In this document: positions 10,810-20,679 of the stretch, one piece after another
Layout of the letters: every line of letters starts with the position of its first letter
Position numbering within the stretch: the first letter of the stretch is position 1
Assembly: GCA_037200745.1 (NCBI GenBank)
Contig: JBBCHK010000009.1
Span: 56,304 to 120,303 of the forward strand
Direction of reading: 5' to 3'
Origin: Alphaproteobacteria bacterium
GTDB taxonomy: Bacteria; Pseudomonadota; Alphaproteobacteria; Rickettsiales; UBA3002
Length of the DNA stretch: 64,000 bases
Position numbers and translations under genes: made by a program
Notes under the pieces: model-generated
What the model saw: the letters and a program-made list of their open reading frames with translations, nothing else
Databases searched by the model: none
What the model was told of the DNA's origin: nothing

Positions 10810-12070
10810 TCTAACGAGTGAATTCGAGCATAGCGCCATCAAATCACATTCGGTCGATCTTCCGATATTTAATTTTGACAAAACGAAATTAAACATCGAA
10901 ATGCGTTCAAGGAAAAGCCGGCTTCCTTGGAGAGGACAATTTTCTCCTGAACTCATCGAATATTTTATGGATGTTGTCTGCTCGGACAGCCGATCATTTC
11001 TTGATCCTTTCTGCGGTAGCGGCACAGTACTATATGAAGCTGCTATTCGTGGCTGTACGGCATGGGGGATAGAAGTGAATCCTGCAGCTTGGCATTTGGC
11101 ATCACTCACCGCGTTTGCGAATCTATCTACGCCTGAAAAAAATACCGTTTTAGAGCATGTCCAATCTTTGGCTATGCTCAATAACAGTACCAGTTCTATA
11201 GACCTTTTTTCTTCTAGTTTTGATCCGCAAACCATTCTTGAAACTATTGGCGCTCAATCCACTGGAGCATTCCTTGCACGTACACTTGCGGCTGTGATTC
11301 TACTTGGCATGGGAAATGAAAAAGAGTTGACCCGTGCTTCTGTAGTTCGAGGCGCAATGGCAGTTCTAGCCGTATTCAATGAACTTAAAAATATAGATGG
11401 CTCAACAGATTGCTACATAGGTGATGCGCGCAAAATTCCATTTTCTGATGAAACAATCGAAGCTGTAATTACGTCACCCCCTTATATTAACGTATTTAAT
11501 TATCATCAGAACTACAGGCCAGCTACGGAGCTTTTGGGATGGAATCCTCTGGAAGCGGCGCGTACGGAGATCGGTTCCAATCGTAAACACCGCATGAATC
11601 GATTTCTAACGGTTATCCAATATTGTTTGGATATGGCGCAATGCATCGATGAAATGACTCGTGTGATGGTAACTGGGGCGCCATTGGTTATCGTGCTTGG
11701 GCGGACATCAAATGTTTTAGGGGCATCGTTCCAAAACGGAAATTTTATTAGAGAGCTACTCAATCTTTCGGGCGGATTTGGAGCAATACAAAGTGCTGAG
11801 CGCGTTTTTACCAACCGATTCGGCGAAAGAATATATGAAGATATTCTCATCGCACATCGAAAAAAGAGAGGCTATACAGATCTGAATGATGCACGAGGGA
11901 TCGGCGTATCCGGGCTTATTTTGGCAAAGGGTATGGTATCAGAGAAAAACTTGAATGCGCTTGAATCTGCAATAGAAAGTGCTGGTGCAGTATGCCCATC
12001 TCCTGCGCTTAATATTTCAACCCCAGATGCGTTCAGAAACGTGAAAGAAAAAGAATATGCAAGTAGTTAG
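10793..12070 (+). CDS. DNA methyltransferase (N4-cytosine type likely)
   Basis: LDPFCGSGT SAM-binding motif and TSPPY catalytic motif; overlaps both neighbours. Confidence 0.9.
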   Translation: MLNINNLTSEFEHSAIKSHSVDLPIFNFDKTKLNIEMRSRKSRLPWRGQFSPELIEYFMDVVCSDSRSFLDPFCGSGTVLYEAAIRGCTAWGIEVNPAAWHLASLTAFANLSTPEKNTVLEHVQSLAMLNNSTSSIDLFSSSFDPQTILETIGAQSTGAFLARTLAAVILLGMGNEKELTRASVVRGAMAVLAVFNELKNIDGSTDCYIGDARKIPFSDETIEAVITSPPYINVFNYHQNYRPATELLGWNPLEAARTEIGSNRKHRMNRFLTVIQYCLDMAQCIDEMTRVMVTGAPLVIVLGRTSNVLGASFQNGNFIRELLNLSGGFGAIQSAERVFTNRFGERIYEDILIAHRKKRGYTDLNDARGIGVSGLILAKGMVSEKNLNALESAIESAGAVCPSPALNISTPDAFRNVKEKEYASS

Positions 12071-12980
12071 GATTGCAGCGCATGGCGATAAACTCAAAGC
12101 TCTTCTGGTAAATTCAAAACTACCGGCAGCAGATCGTGGTCGTGTAGAAAAAGCCGTTGCTAAATATGAAGAGTGGATAAAGAAACTCACTGATGTTAGC
12201 GGCGATGGTGCAGCAGTGCTGACAGCGCTTGTCGATGCCATTAACGATTACAAACGCTATATAGAGCTAGAACTCATTTTTGATTCGGACGATGACTTTT
12301 TATATCGTCAAAAAGGTCAGTTAAAACTGGACAACACAATACTTGAGGAATTTCTTCCGTACCTATTTAACGTCAAATTAGTGCCCGGATTAAACCGCCT
12401 TGCAAATCTTAGATGTGGGCCACAATCATCATATGCTGGGTTGAGTTTTGCTTCACCCTTTTTGGCGTTAAATAACGGGGGAGTATTCCTAAAACTCAAG
12501 GATCAGGATTTTGCCGTATCTAAATCGCACAAAATAATCATTAGCGATGAACCGAACGGCAAAAGTGATTTTGAAGCAAAATTTTACGTTTCGCATTTTG
12601 CCACAGAGATCAAGACAAATCTTGATAAAACCATGTTTCAAGAAGCCTCGCAAACGGCGGCTGAACTAAAGCGTGCAGTGCCTGGTTCTAAGTACGTTTT
12701 GCTTTGCGAATTCCTTGATATGACTCCAATTACTACGAAACTCACTTCGATTGACGAAGTGATTGTTTTGAGAAAGGCAAAACGGCTAGCATCCAATGTT
12801 CGATCGGAATTCAGTACAGGGAATGGTCGTAAACAAGCCCGGAAGTCATATGAGAAATTTCTTCAAGAGAACCCTCTCCGGCCTGAATGCTTTGAACGTT
12901 TCGTGTGGCACCTTAACGAATGCTTTCCCGAGAAAGAGGAAGATGCAGAAGACGTGGTGCTGGGCCGTGGATACTTCTAA
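12057..12980 (+). CDS. Bpu10I-family type II restriction endonuclease
   Basis: QLKLDNTILEEF, KDQDF, EIKTNLDKTMFQEA family motif; directly after the MTase. Confidence 0.85.
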   Translation: MQVVRIAAHGDKLKALLVNSKLPAADRGRVEKAVAKYEEWIKKLTDVSGDGAAVLTALVDAINDYKRYIELELIFDSDDDFLYRQKGQLKLDNTILEEFLPYLFNVKLVPGLNRLANLRCGPQSSYAGLSFASPFLALNNGGVFLKLKDQDFAVSKSHKIIISDEPNGKSDFEAKFYVSHFATEIKTNLDKTMFQEASQTAAELKRAVPGSKYVLLCEFLDMTPITTKLTSIDEVIVLRKAKRLASNVRSEFSTGNGRKQARKSYEKFLQENPLRPECFERFVWHLNECFPEKEEDAEDVVLGRGYF

Positions 12981-12985
12981 AAAGA

Positions 12986-13399
12986 CTATGCTTTCCGCTT
13001 AGCTAGTATCACACAGATAAGCGCCGCAATCGTACTCACCGGCAATATGTACCACGGCGCCGGAAACAGCGGCGCGAACCAGCCTACTGCCGAGTAAGAT
13101 AAGGCTATCGTACCAGCGATCCACCACCCCAGGAAGGTGGTGGCGTTACGAATTATTTGTTGCCTCGGCGTCCAGGGCGTGTTGCGCCAGGTTTCGATGC
13201 GTTGCCATAGCTGCGGTTCGAGGCGCGTTGTGCGGGTGGCGAGGTCGTCGAGTAGCCAGTGGGTGCGTTGGAGCGCGGTCATTTCTTTTGGTGAAGGAAT
13301 ATAATCCGCCTGCTGCTCAATCAGCATCAATTCGGCGCGCACGGCGAGCAATCGCTTCCGAAGCGTCGTAATGCGTGTAATGCGGCGGCGGTGGCGCAT
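12986..13399 (-). CDS. Hypothetical membrane protein with C-terminal TM helices
   Basis: Coiled N-terminus (MRHRRRI...) and hydrophobic C-terminus; start uncertain. Confidence 0.5.
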   Translation of the reverse strand: MRHRRRITRITTLRKRLLAVRAELMLIEQQADYIPSPKEMTALQRTHWLLDDLATRTTRLEPQLWQRIETWRNTPWTPRQQIIRNATTFLGWWIAGTIALSYSAVGWFAPLFPAPWYILPVSTIAALICVILAKRKA

Positions 13400-13660
13400 G
13401 AAACAACCCGATATGAAGTACAGCGCCACCGAGAAATCTCGATGGCGCCGGGGTTGTTCAAAAAGCTGCGATAAAGTACAGCCACGGCGTTTTCGACCGA
13501 AGCCTGTTGTATGTGCGCCGTCAACCCGACCTATAGGTCGAGAGACGACACCAATCACGGTTTGATGCCGAACCGCTTTATCAAGGGCTTTTTGAAGACC
13601 CGGAACCTTTCTCAAAGTTCTGACATCAACCTATCACGCAGATTTGCCTGCGTAAACGGC

Positions 13661-14378
13661 CTATTCTTTGGGGTCGGCTTCCGCCTTCAATTCGCTGTTC
13701 AGCATAGCGAGGCGGATGGTATCGATGGGGCTGGCCTTGCCGGATTTGAAGGTGCGCACGGCAACTTCGATCTGCTGGAACAGGGCATAGGCCAGCTTGA
13801 GGGCCGATTGCAGTGATTCCCATGCGGGCATGTTGATGCGTTCAGAAACGGAGATTGAAGAAAAGCGGCGTTCCTTGCTGGGCAACGCATCGTTCGCCTG
13901 TATCACGGCGGCGGCCATGACGGCATCCTGCACGCCGATGGCATAGGAGGCATAACCGGCGAGTTCTGCCGGGCCTGCAAGCGACAGTGCGGCGGCGTAA
14001 CGTGCGCGGTTCTCGTTCATGATTGTGGCGTTCATCAGGAATTGCAGTTTTCCGGGGTAGAATATCTTGGCGCTTTCGATTTCGTCGTAAAGTTCCTCTG
14101 CGTCCATGAAAGCGGTATCGAGCTTCACTACCACATCGTCCATAATTTCGCGGACGCGGGTTGAGGTTTCGCGCTCGGTGAGGCGCTTGCGGTCGGCGGC
14201 ATCGATACCGGCGGCTTGTTTCCAGCGGTTTGCGACTTCCTGTTTTACGGCGGTGATTTTATTTTGGGCTGATTCGATGTCGCGCAGGATGCGATCAACG
14301 GTCATGCCGAGCTTGATCTGCAACTCGCTGACTTGTTGTGTGGTACGGAATGAACCGGGGGGTGGGGAATTCGCTCAT
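13661..14378 (-). CDS. Hypothetical alpha-helical protein downstream of terL (one homopolymer frameshift near 14360)
   Basis: AGGAG RBS then ATG at 14378 (MSEFPTPGSFRTTQQVSELQIKLG...) joins the 220-aa ORF if one base of the G run is removed. Confidence 0.7.
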
Positions 14379-14491
14379 GGTGGGGCTCCTTGCTATGGAT
14401 CGACCACAGGGCTGCTACCCAATGCACCAGCGCTGCTGCCGGTCGATGCTCATTGCAATGTGCCGTGAGTCGTTTGCGCAATAAGCCAGCA

Positions 14492-15841
14492 TCAGATGGC
14501 CATTTGCCTTGCGCCTACAGGTTTCCAGATACAGGCATAGCGCAACGCATCGGCGGCGTGGTCGGGCGCCGAGCTATCGACATCCTCAAAATTTCGGGGA
14601 TCGCGCGGCAGCGAGGGAAGCGTTTCCCATGCGTAGGTGCAGTTGCGGGAAATATAGAGGCCGGGCAGATCGGGCTTTCCCGCTTGCGAGAACAAGATGC
14701 GCATACGTTCCCATCCGGTTTTGCGGGAGCCTTTGCCAGCCGGTTGAAAATAGACGCGGCAAGCTGAGAACTCATCGGCCAGCGATGGCGCGTTGTATCC
14801 TCTGGTGCGGGCGAAACAGGCATCATCGGCGCATCCGCGCGGCGGCACTTTCCATCGCGCGCACATTTCTAGGATGGATTCGGAGAGGCGCGGCACCGTC
14901 CAGCCTAAGCCTTCGTTGGGGCGGCCTGGGCGCGAGGTGGCGAGTTCATCGATGGCGACGAGGCTTCCCCTGGCGTAGAATTGCCCATCCGGGCCGAGTG
15001 CGCCGGGCGAACGCGCCATCAGGTAGGTAACAGAGGGTGCGCTTGAGCCGAAATCATGCGCCAGAAAGGTTTTCCATCCCTTCGGGATGTATGCCCATAC
15101 GGGTATGGCGGAGCGTTTTTCTTCGAGGCTTCCGGCGAAGAATGCGCCGCGTGCCACCGACCAGTCGCCTGTTGTCCATGCCTTGAATAATTCAGGATCA
15201 CCGGTACAGGCGGCCTGTAACTGCCGCTCGTAATCGCTGCGGTCAAGGTGCGGATTATCCATGTAGGTGCTGATGGCACGGATGAACCTCACGCCCTCGG
15301 TGTCGAATCCATGCCAGGGGACGCTGCGAAACACATAACGCTGTGCCACCCATGCGTGTCCGGGGCCACTGGGATTGCCTGCCAGAATGGTGCGCGTGGG
15401 GATGCCTTCGGGCGCACGGAGGTTGGAACGCAGCATGTCGATGGGGGCCGGTTCGGGAAATTGGGTGAGTTCATCCACCACAACCAGGGTAAAAGAGCGC
15501 CCCTGAAAACGGTCATAGGCACCGGGGCCGTCTAAGCAGCCAAGCTCAACATAGCCGTGGGGCAGCCGCCATACGTGATCCGAGGCGTTGTATTGCGCGG
15601 CCTGACCGTAGGCGGCGCCGAATAATTGCCGCAGCACCAGCTCGAAATCGCGCACACCGGGGAAGGAACGGCGGATGTAGAGCACCCTTGCATGTTCCCT
15701 GTGCAATTCGATATGGCGCAGGATGAGCAATCCCATTGCCCAGCTTTTGCCGCCGCCGCGCCCGCCACCGAGGAACAGCGAGATATTCTCAGGAACGGCT
15801 AAAACGCTCGCCTGAAATGGTGTGGGGTTCAGTTCGGCCAT
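14492..15841 (-). CDS. Phage terminase large subunit
   Basis: PTPFQ adenine motif, GGRGGGKS Walker A, VVVDELTQF Walker B, AGNP, AHDFG nuclease motif, DHAADALRY. Confidence 0.93.
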   Translation of the reverse strand: MAELNPTPFQASVLAVPENISLFLGGGRGGGKSWAMGLLILRHIELHREHARVLYIRRSFPGVRDFELVLRQLFGAAYGQAAQYNASDHVWRLPHGYVELGCLDGPGAYDRFQGRSFTLVVVDELTQFPEPAPIDMLRSNLRAPEGIPTRTILAGNPSGPGHAWVAQRYVFRSVPWHGFDTEGVRFIRAISTYMDNPHLDRSDYERQLQAACTGDPELFKAWTTGDWSVARGAFFAGSLEEKRSAIPVWAYIPKGWKTFLAHDFGSSAPSVTYLMARSPGALGPDGQFYARGSLVAIDELATSRPGRPNEGLGWTVPRLSESILEMCARWKVPPRGCADDACFARTRGYNAPSLADEFSACRVYFQPAGKGSRKTGWERMRILFSQAGKPDLPGLYISRNCTYAWETLPSLPRDPRNFEDVDSSAPDHAADALRYACIWKPVGARQMAI

Positions 15842-16343
15842 GTTTCGGCCTCCGGCGTCACGTTAATCATGCGGCTGAATTCTTCCTCACTGGCTGCGGG
15901 CGCAGGAAGGTTGATGATGACATTGACCTTCTGCTCCACACCGCCTCCGGGCGTGCCCATATCACGGTAGCCATGCCTGCTTTTCAGGGCGAAGATAGTA
16001 GCGGTCAGATCGCCGTTGCGGGCCTTGTCGAGCAGTAGGGAAACAAGTTCTTCCTCCTCGATCTTTCGGCCCTCGGCCAAAACATCGGCGATGCGCTCGT
16101 CTTCCTCGCGCACTCTCATCCATGTGCGATAATTAATGCCCAGGGCTTCGGCCAGCTTGGTTTCGGGCACACCTTGGCGACAGGCGGCGATGACAATATC
16201 CACCGATGCGTCGGGTATGAGGTACTTGCGCCTGTCCCGCCTGGGGCAGGGGGAGGCCCCACCGGGGGCCGGGGGTGTCGCCCCTCAGCCTCGGTGCGGT
16301 GCTCAGGGCGGTGCTTTTGCGGCGGTCGCTTCTTTAAGTCCAT
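15829..16343 (-). CDS. Probable terminase small subunit (HTH), frameshift in 5' part
   Basis: HTH (LAEALGINYRTW), LLDKARNGDLTATIFALKSRHGYRD typical of TerS-like proteins; overlaps the terL start. Confidence 0.7.
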
Positions 16344-16497
16344 GACTGGCAACATCTTCCAGTGTCTATCCAATTTGATTCCAAATCAGATGGTCTGCTG
16401 AATTGCAGGACGTTCCTTTTTATACTGCGCCTTCTGCGCTTAGAGATGCCTGCATTGCAAACGGATGGATGACGGTGGACGGCACGCCATGATGTCA

Positions 16498-16640
16498 TGT
16501 TGTCGTCTTATAAGACGACAACAGACGCACATCTCCATGCAGCCGCGATGTTACGATGATATATCGGATGCACAACGTGCTGATAACGAAGCGATGTATC
16601 GTACATCTCCCGCGATACATCGCTTACATCGGCGATGTAA
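16498..16640. other. Putative replication origin of the element
   Basis: Perfect 26-bp palindrome TGTTGTCGTCTTATAAGACGACAACA (16498-16523) plus multiple CGATGT/ACATCG repeats just downstream of the helicase. Confidence 0.55.
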
Positions 16641-17679
16641 CTGTGTCTTTCGCTTGGATGCGGATGTGCCGTTGTGCCCGACCATTTCCTTCGCGCTTGA
16701 CGATGTGATTGCCAATATCGACGGCGGTATAGTCCGGCAGAAAGCGGCGAATCGTTTTGTCTGCCGTTCCTTTATCCCAACCGTAATGATCGACAAGCTG
16801 CTGCACGAGCGTTTTCTGTGTCACGCTTTCTTCATGGCAATCTGCGAGGTGACGGAAAAGGATCAAGTCTTTGCGGCTGTCATCTTCGGTGGCACTAAAG
16901 CCACCGGCTTCTTCTATTACCAGGCTGCTCGCTATCTCCGCCTTCGGATCGAGCGGGATGCAAAGCGCCCTGATGTTCATTGTCAGGCCGGTAGGCGATT
17001 CTTTCAGCTTTTCCACCTTGACGAACGATTCCCTGTGATCGTTTTTCATGTAGATGACAAAATCGGCGTTTGCGATGAGGGAAGTATGGCCGCGTGCGCC
17101 TTTTGTTTGGTCTTTGCCGGTATGGTGCACGATCATGACGGTGGCATCGATTTCTTTGCTCAACTGCGTGCATTTCTGCATGAATTTCGCTATGTCGTTC
17201 GAGTTTTCGTCGCCGGTAAAGCTCGTCGATAGCGTATCGATGACCACAAAGGAGTGCTCGCCGAGTGGATTTCGCTCCTTGATTTCCGCCATCAGCGTCT
17301 TGAGCATATCCTCTTGTGCGATATAGACGGGCACCTGGCGCAGATAAAAATACTCCGGCGTTATTTCGTAGTGTTTCATCCAGGCTTCTACGCGCTGTTT
17401 GAAACCGCCTGCGCCTTCGGCGGCAATATAAAACGCCGGTGCTTCTTTGCATGGCTTGCTGAGGAACGCATCGCGTCCGGTCGCGCAACACAGCGAGAGG
17501 TGGAGTGCAAGGAAGGATTTTAATGAGCCAGAGGCACCATACAGCACACCGACACCGCCCTTCGGAATCAAATCCTTCACCAGCCATTCGAGCGGCGGCA
17601 TGGACAGGAGCTTATCCAACGCTAGGAAGTAGTCTTTTTGCAAGGTAGTTTTGGCGGCTTCCCGCGTTGAGTTTTTCAT
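16624..17679 (-). CDS. RepA-like AAA (AAA_25) replicative helicase
   Basis: WLVKDLIP, YGASGSLKS Walker A, YIAAEG, VVIDTLS, IVHHTGKD, ARGHTSL. Confidence 0.9.
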   Translation of the reverse strand: MKNSTREAAKTTLQKDYFLALDKLLSMPPLEWLVKDLIPKGGVGVLYGASGSLKSFLALHLSLCCATGRDAFLSKPCKEAPAFYIAAEGAGGFKQRVEAWMKHYEITPEYFYLRQVPVYIAQEDMLKTLMAEIKERNPLGEHSFVVIDTLSTSFTGDENSNDIAKFMQKCTQLSKEIDATVMIVHHTGKDQTKGARGHTSLIANADFVIYMKNDHRESFVKVEKLKESPTGLTMNIRALCIPLDPKAEIASSLVIEEAGGFSATEDDSRKDLILFRHLADCHEESVTQKTLVQQLVDHYGWDKGTADKTIRRFLPDYTAVDIGNHIVKREGNGRAQRHIRIQAKDTVTSPM

Positions 17680-17687
17680 GGAGCCTC

Positions 17688-18687
17688 CTACTGGTATTGC
17701 TTAATGTCTTCGGGATCGACGGCGCCGAAGGCTTCCGTAGCCGTTTGCATCGGCGGGATGAGGTGGCCTTTCCTAGAGGCGTGTAGTATCTTATACAGGG
17801 TGTCGTACGTCACTTTGCCTGTCCCATCCGAACTCAGGGATTGCCAGCGTTTGCGTATGATCTCGCCATGGTCAGCATAATTTGGATCACTGGTTGACCA
17901 GGCAGTGAACATATCTTCTCCTTCGCCGCCTGTGGCGTGATGGCAAGCCATCATCAATTCCAACCATTTGTCCTGATCCTCGAAGTCCATAGGATTGAGG
18001 CCGGATAGCATGATTTCCAAATGTTCAGGCGTATGCGCCCCGACAGGCTGATCGCTGTCGCGCTTGACGCGCAGTAACATCTTTATGAGCTTGATGGGAA
18101 CGAGCGGAGCTTTGCTTACAAGCGGGTGAAAACAGCCCCCATTCATAAGTTTTGCCATTGGGATGTACCGAACCGGCGGCGACCACCTGACCGCTCGTTT
18201 TGAATTCGATTCCGGGAAAACGGGGGTGAGTAAGGCGTAATTTTACACAGCGTGTAGGCAACCGAAAATAGAGATGGTATCCGCCGCCACCCGTAATGAC
18301 ATGCGGGATGTTGAGAAGGCGAAGGCCGAAATCTTTTAGCAGCCTTTCCAGGGAATCATCGCCGCTGGGGTAATTGCGCGGGTCGGCGTCAATCACCAAT
18401 AACCCGGAATCGATGCGGATGCCGATGTTATGATCTTGCCGCATCCATTCTCTTGGATCAAATCGATCGTTATCGAATTTCTGCCAATTTTTATGGAGCG
18501 GAGTTTTGCTACGATCGCTGCCCGGCTGATGCAGCACAATGAAGGTATAGCCGAAGTTCAAATCGTATCCGGCAAGTTCTTTCAAATCTAACCCGCGATA
18601 GGCGCCATCGGCGGATGCAGGTTTAGAGGATTCGGATTTCTTGCTACGATTATTGGTATTCGAGGTGCGATTATCTTTGTTGGGCAT
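17688..18687 (-). CDS. Bifunctional primase-polymerase with PriCT-2 domain (frameshift near 18130)
   Basis: KTPL...NIGI...LLVIDADPRN...TGGGGYHLYF...QVVAAGSVHPNGKTYEW, then WLELMMACH...WSTSDPNY...WQS. Confidence 0.88.
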
Positions 18688-18748
18688 GGTATTCCCCTTG
18701 AATGACGGTTGCATGGGAAGGCGGTTGTGTGGAGCGACGCCTTTTCTT

Positions 18749-18976
18749 TTATCGGGTTGAGGCGAGATGCCTCGGTGCATCGAGATTTTCGCCGCGCACG
18801 AATTCATCCAAAAAAATCTTGGAATATCTCACGAGTTTTTGACTCACGATGTAATAACGCGGCCCGCGTCCTTGTGCGCGCCACGTTTTCAAAGTTCCCG
18901 GACGGCAGCCAAGATATGCGGCTGCATTTTTCGTATCGAGAAATGGGGATGAAGACGATATTGCTTGCTGTTCCAT
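18749..18976 (-). CDS. AlpA/excisionase-like HTH protein
   Basis: LDTKNAAAYLGCRPGTLKTWRAQGRGPRY...VRY; GAGGTG RBS. Confidence 0.85.
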   Translation of the reverse strand: MEQQAISSSSPFLDTKNAAAYLGCRPGTLKTWRAQGRGPRYYIVSQKLVRYSKIFLDEFVRGENLDAPRHLASTR

Positions 18977-19028
18977 AGGCACCTCACTTGCGGGTTGACA
19001 GAGTGCTTTCAGCCGTAGAAAATCACTT

Positions 19029-19083
19029 TCTAAGGGCGGATGGGAAATTGCCCTAACCACCCAATTTCCCATCCGCCCTTAGA
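19029..19083. repeat. Perfect 22-bp inverted repeat with 11-nt loop
   Basis: TCTAAGGGCGGATGGGAAATTG (19029-19050) / CAATTTCCCATCCGCCCTTAGA (19062-19083). Confidence 0.9.
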
Positions 19084-19156
19084 GGCCAAAAGCAGATGAA
19101 AAATAACTCAGGTTACCTGTAATCGACACCCACATCACTACCAACACAGCGACGAC

Positions 19157-19381
19157 CTACAGCTTCCCTCCAGCCGATTTGAGAAACGCCTCGATCTCGT
19201 CGATGTGATACCGGATCGTGTGACGGTTTACGGTTACGAAGCGCGGGCCTTTGCCCTCAGTGCGCCAGCGTCTGACCGTAATGGGATTGCAGCACATATA
19301 TTCGGCTGCCTGTTCGGTGGTCATCCAGGGCGAGAGGTGTTTCTGCGGTTGGATCGTGCTGTTATGCTGCTTCGCTTTCAT
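19157..19381 (-). CDS. AlpA/excisionase-like HTH protein
   Basis: WMTTEQAAEYMCCNPITVRRWRTEGKGPRF...IRY; overlaps the integrase 3' end. Confidence 0.88.
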   Translation of the reverse strand: MKAKQHNSTIQPQKHLSPWMTTEQAAEYMCCNPITVRRWRTEGKGPRFVTVNRHTIRYHIDEIEAFLKSAGGKL

Positions 19382-20514
19382 GCGGTTGTCCTTTCATTCC
19401 AGTGAGTGTGACGAGCCTGTCGGTGACTTTCTGCTGGTACTGGCGCAGATGCTCGGCCAGATGTTCGGCGTGGACATAGCCGCCCGATGCGCCGGGGAGC
19501 CGTTGGTCGAGCAGCAGGGCGCTTTCGGCATACGGCACGCCTGCCGCGATCGCATGGGTGCGCCACAGGTGCCGATAGACGTGAGGGCTTGGTAGATTGT
19601 CCTCATACGGCGTTGTAACATGGCCGTCCTTGCTGCTGATGCTCGGCCACAGCCATTCGGAATCGAGGGGTACATCGTTCTCCATGCGCGCCCTCAGCAT
19701 ATCGACCAGGAAATCGGACAGCGGTAAAATGAACGGACGGCCGGATTTCATGTGCTGAACGGCGATGACGGCTTTTTCCAAATCCACGTCGCGGCGCCGG
19801 ATCGTCAGCGTCGATGTCTTGCGTAGGCCGGTGAACAGGAAGAAAATGTGCAGGTCGCGGCGCATGGGCGAGATGGCCTGTGCCGACTGCCACCATGCCC
19901 CAAGGTCGAGATTATCCACCTGACGGCGGTTGTTTTGGGGAATGCGCAGCACTTCGACCGGATTGGCCGTGATACTGTCGTCCAACCGCTTCGCCTCGTT
20001 GATGAGGGCGCGCAGCGTGCGCATGACGGAGTGGGCGGTCGTGTTGCCGTGCTTCTCCTTCATCTCGTGTAAGCGCGTGCGCACGTCCGCGCGTGTGATG
20101 TCAGCCACGGCCCGGTTTTTCCACTTCGCCAAGTAAAAATCGACATGGTATTGGTAATCATCCACCGTGAACGGTGAGAGCTGCCGCGCCTCAAGGTAGC
20201 GCTCAAGTATCTGCTCCAAGGTGATGCCGGTTTCCTCCGGCCCGGCGCTCGGATCGATGCCGGATTGAATCTGCAGCATCAAGGAAGCGCCCCTTGAGCC
20301 GGGCTTCGCGCAGGCCCATGCGGTCGCAGCGGTCGATTTTAATGCGAACCGTGCGGATGAACCGACCGTTGCGCCGGACGTCGCCTTGGACGGCATAGGT
20401 CTTGGCCGTTTTGTGGCAGATGACGAGAAGGCCCTTTACCTGCGTGTCGCGCCAGATGCCGGAACCGAAGGGGAGGTCGCGGACGCGCGCCTCGGTAAGT
20501 GATACAACTCTCAT
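19362..20514 (-). CDS. Tyrosine integrase with N-terminal arm-binding domain (frameshift near 20290)
   Basis: LTEARVRDL...WRDTQVKGL N-terminus; TGLRK, HVYRH and GGY catalytic motifs; adjacent to the att repeat. Confidence 0.9.
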
Positions 20515-20530
20515 AGTTAGGTGCTCCAGA

Positions 20531-20562
20531 AATACCGTGTTAAGCACCGTAATGAGCACCGT
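20531..20562. promoter_or_regulatory. Putative integrase arm-type sites (right end)
   Basis: AATACCGT, AAGCACCGT and GAGCACCGT direct repeats at ~12-bp spacing, matching the left-end motif. Confidence 0.65.
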
Positions 20563-20679
20563 AACTGCATTTCCGCAGATCACCCGTCATCACCGTGCAT
20601 AAACGATGATGTCGTGTAAAGGCTTGCAAGGGAGCGCTATATTTGCTTTAAGGCGTCAAATGTTGGCTCAGGGCGGCTC

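Noticed and set aside
13527..13540. 14-bp palindrome CGACCTATAGGTCG within the element
   Set aside because: Real, but single and short; no supporting context to assign a function
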